A stretch of DNA of 32,000 nt from positions 30,001 through 62,000 of the forward strand of contig ACYB01000031.1 of the NCBI GenBank assembly GCA_000175855.1, written 5' to 3'. Both the position numbers and the translations under genes were made by a program. Shown piece by piece: positions 26,334 through 32,000 of this stretch. The DNA is from Raphidiopsis brookii D9. Its GTDB lineage: Bacteria > Cyanobacteriota > Cyanobacteriia > Cyanobacteriales > Nostocaceae. Under the pieces are notes generated by a model. That model was not told where the DNA came from, did no database searches, and was given only the letters and a program-made list of their open reading frames with translations. Positions within the stretch are counted from its first letter, which is position 1, and each line of letters opens with the position of its first letter.

Positions 26334-26363
26334 AGGTGGTTTGGCTTTTAATGAGCCCCACCT
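26334..26363 (+). other. Intercistronic stem-loop between pstS and pstC (AGGTGG-N18-CCACCT)
   Basis: Read directly. It has a 6-bp stem with an inner GGC/GCC pairing, 24 nt after the pstS stop. It could attenuate transcription or stabilise mRNA and so favour pstS expression. It is not a strong terminator. Confidence 0.35.
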
Positions 26364-26430
26364 CCCTGCATGTAAATAAGTCTTTAGTTAACTATATCAA
26401 TTTGTTCTTTTTTTAATATGATTTCCCACC

Positions 26431-27426
26431 ATGAATGAATCATTACGACCTAATGAAGATCACTCCCACGCCAGTGTTGGCACTGAAAATGTCAGCTTGC
26501 AGGTGAGTGGTGGATTAAATTTCCGCCTTGATCAAGGATTCACATTTTTAGTTTATTTCTTTGCTGCTGTCACCGTGACAATATTAATTGTCATGACTCT
26601 AGTCATTTTCAAAGAAGCTCAACCTGCTGTTCTCCAATTTGGTTTTGGATTTCTCTGGAGTCAAGATTGGGATACGGGTAATCAGTTATTTGGAGCATTA
26701 CCCTATATCTATGGAACTCTAGTCAGCAGTGCGATCGCCATTTTGTTAACTGTGCCTGTGGGTATATCTGTGGCCTTAGTTACAAGTGAGGACTTTTTGC
26801 CCTTACCAGTTAGAAACACCATTGCTTTTGTGGTAGAACTAATTGCAGCTATTCCCAGTGTAATTATTGGTTTATGGGGAATATTTGTATTTATCCCCGT
26901 AATACAGCCTTTACAAAAGGGGATAAGTAACCTTCTGCAATTTATACCTTTATTTAACACTCAGGATCCCGCAGGTAACAACATGTTAACAGCTGGAATT
27001 ATCCTATCAATCATGATTTTACCAACCATGGCGGCCATTTCTCGTGATGTGTTAATGGTAGTTCCCCGGGAATTAAGAACCGCATCCATGGCTTTGGGTG
27101 GAACACGCTGGGAAACCATATTTCGAGTCTTATTACCTGCAGGGTTTTCAGGTATGGTGAGTGCAGCTATGTTAGCTTTAGGACGTGCTTTGGGCGAAAC
27201 TATGGCAGTAACCATGGTAATTGGGAACTCAGCCCAAATTAGTCCTTCTTTACTTGATCCGGCCTATACAATTCCCGCTGTTATAGCTAATGAATTTGCC
27301 GAAGCAGAGCCAGGCTTACATATTGGTGCCTTAAGTTATTTAGGACTAATTTTGTTTGTATTAACTCTAGGTGTCAATATTGCTGCTGTATTATTGGTTC
27401 AGTGGGTTGGCAAAAAGAACTCTTAG
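26431..27426 (+). CDS. pstC: Phosphate ABC transporter permease PstC
   Basis: 331-aa multi-TM ORF with the EAA-type loop LGRALGETMAV, positioned in a pstSCAB operon. Confidence 0.9.
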   Translation: MNESLRPNEDHSHASVGTENVSLQVSGGLNFRLDQGFTFLVYFFAAVTVTILIVMTLVIFKEAQPAVLQFGFGFLWSQDWDTGNQLFGALPYIYGTLVSSAIAILLTVPVGISVALVTSEDFLPLPVRNTIAFVVELIAAIPSVIIGLWGIFVFIPVIQPLQKGISNLLQFIPLFNTQDPAGNNMLTAGIILSIMILPTMAAISRDVLMVVPRELRTASMALGGTRWETIFRVLLPAGFSGMVSAAMLALGRALGETMAVTMVIGNSAQISPSLLDPAYTIPAVIANEFAEAEPGLHIGALSYLGLILFVLTLGVNIAAVLLVQWVGKKNS

Positions 27427-27475
27427 TGGTATGTCAGTAGAATTAGTTTTACCACGTGATGAAATTAATCATCAC

Positions 27476-27509
27476 AAATCACCCCATAAATCACCCCATA
27501 AATCACCCA
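27476..27509 (+). repeat. 12-nt tandem repeat AAATCACCCCAT, about 2.8 copies
   Basis: Read directly. Copies lie at 27476..27487 and 27488..27499, with a partial copy at 27500..27509. If translated from the GTG/ATG at 27456/27459 it encodes HPINHPINHP. Confidence 0.8.
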
Positions 27510-27530
27510 GTTTACCTACCATTTACTTAT

Positions 27531-28400
27531 ATGAATTCCGGAACAGATGAATCTTTTGCTAGGGAATTATTAGATCCTCTACCACCCAATAGACTGTTAT
27601 TTAGTTATTTGATGAATGGTTTATCCTTCATATTGAGTCTGCTGGCATTTTTACCCTTAGGATCAATTATATGGGAAATTATATCCCGGGGAAGTTCTAG
27701 TCTAAAACTAGAAATGTTTTATCTCCCCTTAATTGATAATGGCTTTGCCAATGCTATTCTGGGTACTCTACTTATGGTTAGTATTGCTACTCTACTCAGC
27801 GTACCCGTGGGAGTCATAACTGGCATATTTTTGGCAGAATTTGCTAGGAACAGCCAAATCAATAAATTGGTGCGATTTCTCACTTCCATACTCACTGGTG
27901 TACCCTCCATTGTGGTAGGCATGTTTGCCTATGGTGTGGTTGTGCTAACCACTAAAGAGTTTAGTGCTTTAGCAGGGGGATTTGCCCTTTCCGTAATCAT
28001 GTTACCTGTCATTACCCTGACCACAGAGGAAGCACTAAAACTAGTTCCAGTGCATCAAAGACTAGCTTCTGCGGCTTTGGGGGGAACAAAACTGCAAACC
28101 ACATTTAGAATAGTGGTAAAATCAGCCATACCTGGAATTACCACTGGTATATCCCTGGCGATCGCCCGTGCAGCTGGTGAAACTGCACCGTTGATTTTTA
28201 CAGCGCTATTTAGTCAAAACTGGTCAGATGGTCTAATCAGTCCCACAGCATCCTTACCAGTATTAATTTTTAATTTGTACAATAATCCCGATCCCAAAAT
28301 TAATCAATTGGTTTGGACTACCTCTATAATACTACTGAGTTTAGTTTTATTTTTTAGTTTGCTCTCTCGTTTTTTAGGTCGCAAGAGTAAATTGCGTTAG
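27531..28400 (+). CDS. pstA: Phosphate ABC transporter permease PstA
   Basis: Multi-TM ORF with the loop IARAAGETAPL. The track ORF starts at the GTG at 27456, and an ATG follows at 27459. I prefer the ATG at 27531 because it leaves about 24 residues before TM1, as in other PstA proteins, and excludes the tandem repeat. The start is uncertain. Confidence 0.85.
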   Translation: MNSGTDESFARELLDPLPPNRLLFSYLMNGLSFILSLLAFLPLGSIIWEIISRGSSSLKLEMFYLPLIDNGFANAILGTLLMVSIATLLSVPVGVITGIFLAEFARNSQINKLVRFLTSILTGVPSIVVGMFAYGVVVLTTKEFSALAGGFALSVIMLPVITLTTEEALKLVPVHQRLASAALGGTKLQTTFRIVVKSAIPGITTGISLAIARAAGETAPLIFTALFSQNWSDGLISPTASLPVLIFNLYNNPDPKINQLVWTTSIILLSLVLFFSLLSRFLGRKSKLR

Positions 28401-28503
28401 TAAAGTTTGTGAGTGATTTGGAAAAGTCTATGAGATATCTAATGATTGTAAGGCGTGTCCTGGTCCGCGAAAACAAAGAATTCAGTATGGGAGATAATCT
28501 AAA

Positions 28504-29283
28504 ATGACTAATCTGACTCCAGCTATCAAGATTAAAAACCTCAGTTTTTACTACGGTAACTACAAAGCTATCGAGAACATATCCTTAGATATTTACAAGA
28601 ATCGAGTCACCGCACTAATAGGTCCTAGTGGTTGTGGCAAATCCACCTTCATCAAAGCCCTAAATCGCATTAGTGAATTAGAAGGTAAAGTCAAGGTGGA
28701 TGGGAGCGTAGAATTTTTTGGGCAGAGCATTTACGATTCCCGGATTAATATTAATCTATTAAGAAGGGAAATCGGCATGGTATTTCAAAAGCCAAACCCT
28801 TTTCCCATGAGCATTTACGAGAATGTTGCTTACGGGGTGAGAATTTCTGGTAGGGCTCCAAAATTTCAATTGGATGACATTGTGGAGTCTGCTCTCAAAG
28901 GTGCTGCTTTGTGGAATGAGGTAAAAGATAAACTGAACTCATCCGCTTTAGGACTTTCTGGTGGACAGCAGCAAAGACTCTGTATTGCTCGTGCTTTAGC
29001 AGTAAAACCCAAAGTCTTATTAATGGATGAACCCTGTTCAGCATTAGATCCCATTGCTACCTTAAAAGTGGAGGAACTAATCCATAGCTTGCGCTCAGAA
29101 CTAACCATAGCTATTGTTACCCACAATATGCAACAAGCGACACGGGTTGCTGATTTTACAGCTTTTTTCAGTACAGATGAAAGTCGTATTGGACAAATGG
29201 TAGAATTTGGTGCTACAACCCAAATATTTGGTAGTCCCATAGACGAGCGGACCCGCGATTATGTTGCGGGGCGATTTGGTTGA
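28504..29283 (+). CDS. pstB: Phosphate ABC transporter ATP-binding protein PstB
   Basis: 259-aa ORF with Walker [10 protein letters not shown], signature LSGGQQQRL and Walker [12 protein letters not shown]. Confidence 0.95.
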   Translation: MTNLTPAIKIKNLSFYYGNYKAIENISLDIYKNRVTALIGPSGCGKSTFIKALNRISELEGKVKVDGSVEFFGQSIYDSRININLLRREIGMVFQKPNPFPMSIYENVAYGVRISGRAPKFQLDDIVESALKGAALWNEVKDKLNSSALGLSGGQQQRLCIARALAVKPKVLLMDEPCSALDPIATLKVEELIHSLRSELTIAIVTHNMQQATRVADFTAFFSTDESRIGQMVEFGATTQIFGSPIDERTRDYVAGRFG

Positions 29284-29600
29284 TCTTTTGCTAGGGGTTG
29301 GGATCTGACGAACGTACCAACCTCTTCCATTTTTCGTGCCAGTTCCACATCTAAATTACTAATAACATTACCGAGGTCATGAGTAGCGAGATTAACCACT
29401 ACTTTATTATAAACATTAAACCATTCTGGATGGTGTCCTAGGGTATCAGCATAAACACCCACCTTGACCATCCAACCTAAAGCAGTAGCAAAGTCTCTAA
29501 ACCGATATTCCTTAGATAACTTACCCCCTTGAACTTGCCATCCGGGTAAACTTTTGAGAGCTTGGGCTATTTCGATTTCGTTAAGTTTTTGTGCTGTCAT
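29259..29600 (-). CDS. Pterin-4a-carbinolamine dehydratase (PCD/DCoH, COG2154)
   Basis: 113-aa ORF with [18 protein letters not shown] and the [13 protein letters not shown] motif. The 3' end overlaps the convergent pstB by 25 nt. Confidence 0.85.
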   Translation of the reverse strand: MTAQKLNEIEIAQALKSLPGWQVQGGKLSKEYRFRDFATALGWMVKVGVYADTLGHHPEWFNVYNKVVVNLATHDLGNVISNLDVELARKMEEVGTFVRSQPLAKDQPNRPAT

Positions 29601-29677
29601 GGTATGAATCTACTAGAAATTTGCTGGAAATCAAGGCCTATACTTAAAACTATAGCGGTTAGTTCCGATTTTTACCT

Positions 29678-30691
29678 CTAATCTGTTTCCTGAATCTGTA
29701 GTCTAATAGTATGGTCAGTAGCACCATTAAGTTTGATTTCCATCATTTCACCACCTAGGGGTTCAATACAACCAAGCAGAGAACGTAAATTAGGTGTACT
29801 TGCGCCCGTATCAACATATAATCTATCAGCCAAATTACTAATTCGTTTCCAGACCAAATACAACTTAGCTATATTTTGCTCCATCTGAGACGCTTGATTC
29901 ACCAAGTCAGCAGCAACACTTAAACACCCAACTCTTTGTGCTTCTTCCAAAGCAATTTCAATATCCACATTCTCCTCTGCTAACGCTTGAACTTGAGCTG
30001 CTGATTTGAGATATCTAGCTAACTGTCTAGCCTCTGTTGTTGCCTGCTTTAAAGTATCCACATCAGGACTCACCTCTATTTCTCTTTGTAAGACCTTCTG
30101 ATGTGATTCTGGTAGTTTCTCCATTTCCTTAACTAAGGGAGCTATATATCTAGCAGGAAGGCTATTATCTGCAGCTTTCTCCCTCACTGGTGTGGGTAAT
30201 AATTCTGAGGACATGGCAGTCCATTCATCAGTCAATTGACGAACTTCTCGACGAGTAATGCGATCGCCTTTTTGAGCTGCTTCACTGACCATTTGCTGTA
30301 CCTCTGGGGTTGCTTTAGCAGTTTCCACAAAAGCCCGTTTGCTAAAATTATTGACTTTACCGGGGTCGAGCTTACCATCTTGTATTAAGGTATCAGCACT
30401 ATTAGCCAGTTGAATCCATTGATATGCTTGACTTTTGCTAATTTCCCTTTCTTTTAACCATTGGATAAACCCAGTTCCCCTGCTGTCTCCACCTTTTTTT
30501 TCCCGGTCACGGATGGCACGTAAAATCCGACCCCGCCAGATTTCTGTCTGGAGGTCAAAACGGTCACATACCTGCCAAACTACCTCTAACCTCTCTAAAA
30601 AGTCAGTTTCGTCAATTTCTTCATCTTCTGGATCTGGTATTTCAAAGTCTAAATCCACAGGTTGTTGCAGTACAGCTGCAAGGTTATTCAT
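29678..30691 (-). CDS. Hypothetical protein with an acidic N-terminus and a possible HTH segment
   Basis: The ORF is open to a TTG at 30715; I prefer the ATG at 30691 (MNNLAAVLQQ). The segment WRGRILRAIRDREKKGGDSRGTGFIQWLKEREISKSQAYQWIQLANSA looks like a DUF3102/ParB-type HTH. That is a low-confidence, recall-based impression. The rest is helical and coiled-coil-like. Confidence 0.6.
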   Translation of the reverse strand: MNNLAAVLQQPVDLDFEIPDPEDEEIDETDFLERLEVVWQVCDRFDLQTEIWRGRILRAIRDREKKGGDSRGTGFIQWLKEREISKSQAYQWIQLANSADTLIQDGKLDPGKVNNFSKRAFVETAKATPEVQQMVSEAAQKGDRITRREVRQLTDEWTAMSSELLPTPVREKAADNSLPARYIAPLVKEMEKLPESHQKVLQREIEVSPDVDTLKQATTEARQLARYLKSAAQVQALAEENVDIEIALEEAQRVGCLSVAADLVNQASQMEQNIAKLYLVWKRISNLADRLYVDTGASTPNLRSLLGCIEPLGGEMMEIKLNGATDHTIRLQIQETD

Positions 30692-30820
30692 AGGGTCGGT
30701 ATCTTGCACGATCAATAAATATGGATAAAATTTACGTATATTTGGAAATTATAGCTGACAATGTTGTCAAAATTTTCGAGCCTAGGAAAATAGAAAGTAT
30801 CAAAACGCGACTAAACAAAA

Positions 30821-31807
30821 ATGAATCAGATCAACTATTTACGTATTAGTTTAATAGATCGCTGTAATTTTCGTTGTCTCTACTGTATGCCAAATGATAC
30901 AGAATTAAACCATATTCTCAAAAAACAACTATTAACCAATGATGAACTATTAACCCTAATTCAAGACGTATTTATTCCTGTGGGATTTAACCGGTTTCGT
31001 TTAACTGGTGGTGAACCCTTACTCCGTCCCGGGGTGGTGGACTTGGTAAATAAAATTGCCCATCTCCCCCCAAACCCAAGATTTATCCATGACCACCAAT
31101 GGTTTTTATTAGCGCCCTTGGCACAGGATCTCTATAATGCAGGACTAACCAGAATTAACATTAGTTTAGACTCCCTTAACCCCAATACCTTTAATTTAAT
31201 TATTGGAGATCATAGTCCTCATGGTTGGGAACAAGTTTGGCATGGTATTCAATCCGCTTACAAGGTTGGATTTAACCCCTTAAAGTTAAATGTAGTGGTC
31301 ATTCCAGGTATCAATGACCATGAAATTCTCAACCTAGCTGCTCTAACCCTGGACAAAAACTGGCATGTTAGGTTCATTGAATTTATGCCCATTGGTAACA
31401 CCTCTCTGTTTAGCGATCGCGGTTGGGTATCTTCCGCACAATTACGAGATCAGATTGGTCAGCGTTGGGGTTTGACAGAATCACAGGTTCGTGGTAATGG
31501 ACCTGCGGATGTATTTCAAATTCCCGGAGCCAAGGGAACCCTAGGTTTTATCAGCCAGATGTCTGAATGCTTTTGTGATCGCTGTAACCGGCTGCGTCTT
31601 TCCGCTGATGGTTGGTTGCGTCCTTGTTTATTGAATGAATCTGGACAAATAGACCTAAAAACAGCCCTGCGATCGGGTCAGACCATGGGGGAGTTACAAC
31701 AACAAGTAGGGGAGCTATTACACCTGAAGTCAGAAATTAACTTTAAAGAGAGGAACCCGGGTACAATTGGCACTTACAGTCGTACCATGTCCCAAATTGG
31801 GGGATAG
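30821..31807 (+). CDS. moaA: GTP 3',8-cyclase MoaA (radical SAM) with an internal out-of-frame patch
   Basis: 328-aa ORF. It has the radical-SAM cluster [19 protein letters not shown] and the C-terminal [13 protein letters not shown]. Codons about 31070..31102 read [11 protein letters not shown], whereas the +1 frame reads the expected [11 protein letters not shown]. Confidence 0.85.
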   Translation: MNQINYLRISLIDRCNFRCLYCMPNDTELNHILKKQLLTNDELLTLIQDVFIPVGFNRFRLTGGEPLLRPGVVDLVNKIAHLPPNPRFIHDHQWFLLAPLAQDLYNAGLTRINISLDSLNPNTFNLIIGDHSPHGWEQVWHGIQSAYKVGFNPLKLNVVVIPGINDHEILNLAALTLDKNWHVRFIEFMPIGNTSLFSDRGWVSSAQLRDQIGQRWGLTESQVRGNGPADVFQIPGAKGTLGFISQMSECFCDRCNRLRLSADGWLRPCLLNESGQIDLKTALRSGQTMGELQQQVGELLHLKSEINFKERNPGTIGTYSRTMSQIGG

Positions 31808-31820
31808 AGTAGGATCAGCA

Positions 31821-31859
31821 CCAAAACTACTTAGTAGGATATAGGATAAGTAGTTTTGG
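31821..31859. terminator. Bidirectional terminator hairpin between convergent moaA and rpsD (13-bp perfect stem)
   Basis: CCAAAACTACTTA (31821..31833) pairs perfectly with TAAGTAGTTTTGG (31847..31859) around a 13-nt loop. It lies 14 nt after the moaA stop and 26 nt after the rpsD stop. Confidence 0.6.
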
Positions 31860-31884
31860 ATAGACTCAAAAGCCAAAAGGCAAA

Positions 31885-32000
31885 TTATGCCTGACGTGAA
31901 TAGTATTCCACAACGAGCAGTTCATTCACCTGCAGTGCCACCCATTCCCGCTCAATCACACCATTGACCTTACCAGTCAACTTGTTCTTATCGAATTCCA
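31885..32000 (-). CDS. rpsD: 30S ribosomal protein S4, C-terminal 37 codons (gene continues beyond the window)
   Basis: Hand translation of the minus strand gives [37 protein letters not shown]. This is the characteristic S4 C-terminus. The stop codon lies at 31887..31885. Confidence 0.85.
   Translation of the reverse strand, partial: EFDKNKLTGKVNGVIEREWVALQVNELLVVEYYSRQA

Noticed and set aside
30716-30820. Moco riboswitch upstream of moaA.
   Set aside because: The leader is only about 105 nt, AT-rich, and lacks the extended conserved helices and GC-rich core expected of the Moco RNA motif.
1-32000. CRISPR arrays, tRNA or rRNA genes, intact IS elements, prophage or defence islands.
   Set aside because: I scanned the intergenic regions on both strands. 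I found no spaced direct-repeat arrays, no cloverleaf-like or rRNA-like segments, and no transposase, integrase or nuclease ORFs. The only mobile-element hint is the decayed HTH remnant at 10014..10332.

Overview
The window reads as an ordinary, tightly packed chromosomal core segment of a filamentous (Nostocales-like) cyanobacterium, AT-rich by eye. Support for that origin: I counted 16 exact copies of the HIP1 octamer GCGATCGC, there is a psaM gene, perR and a peroxiredoxin are divergently paired, and an 11-bp-phased Pho-box array sits upstream of pstSCAB. Gene order, left to right: HK-like protein, FGGY sugar kinase (-), psaM (31 aa, absent from the ORF track), OmpR-type response regulator (-), hisG, perR (-), type II peroxiredoxin, gor, ABC exporter, ureidoglycolate-lyase-like (-), a decayed HTH remnant, LysR regulator, TrpD-like protein, panD (-), ppa (-), secreted hypothetical (-), S1 protease (-), DUF362-like (-), aspA (-), bioD, yebC (-), tatC (-), Slt-type lytic transglycosylase (-), hypothetical (-), UbiH-like monooxygenase (-), pstS-pstC-pstA-pstB, pterin carbinolamine dehydratase (-), hypothetical (-), moaA, and the 3' end of rpsD (-). 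I found no rRNA, tRNA, CRISPR array, intact mobile element or recognisable defence or toxin island, so I do not claim a clear novel system. Items worth a second look: (1) moaA has a compensated double frameshift at two homopolymers that scrambles the conserved TTNG segment. (2) The S1 protease has its signal peptide stranded in another frame by an A5 run. Three homopolymer-linked disruptions in 32 kb may simply be assembly errors. (3) perR, prx, gor and the ABC exporter form a redox locus with a perfect 7-1-7 palindrome over the prx -10 element. (4) The histidine-kinase-like protein has an intact H-box but a degenerate ATP-binding domain. (5) The protease is paired with an uncharacterised secreted protein. 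(6) A frameshift-riddled small HTH gene lies next to a hairpin-rich stretch. (7) Convergent gene ends are unusually tight or overlapping.
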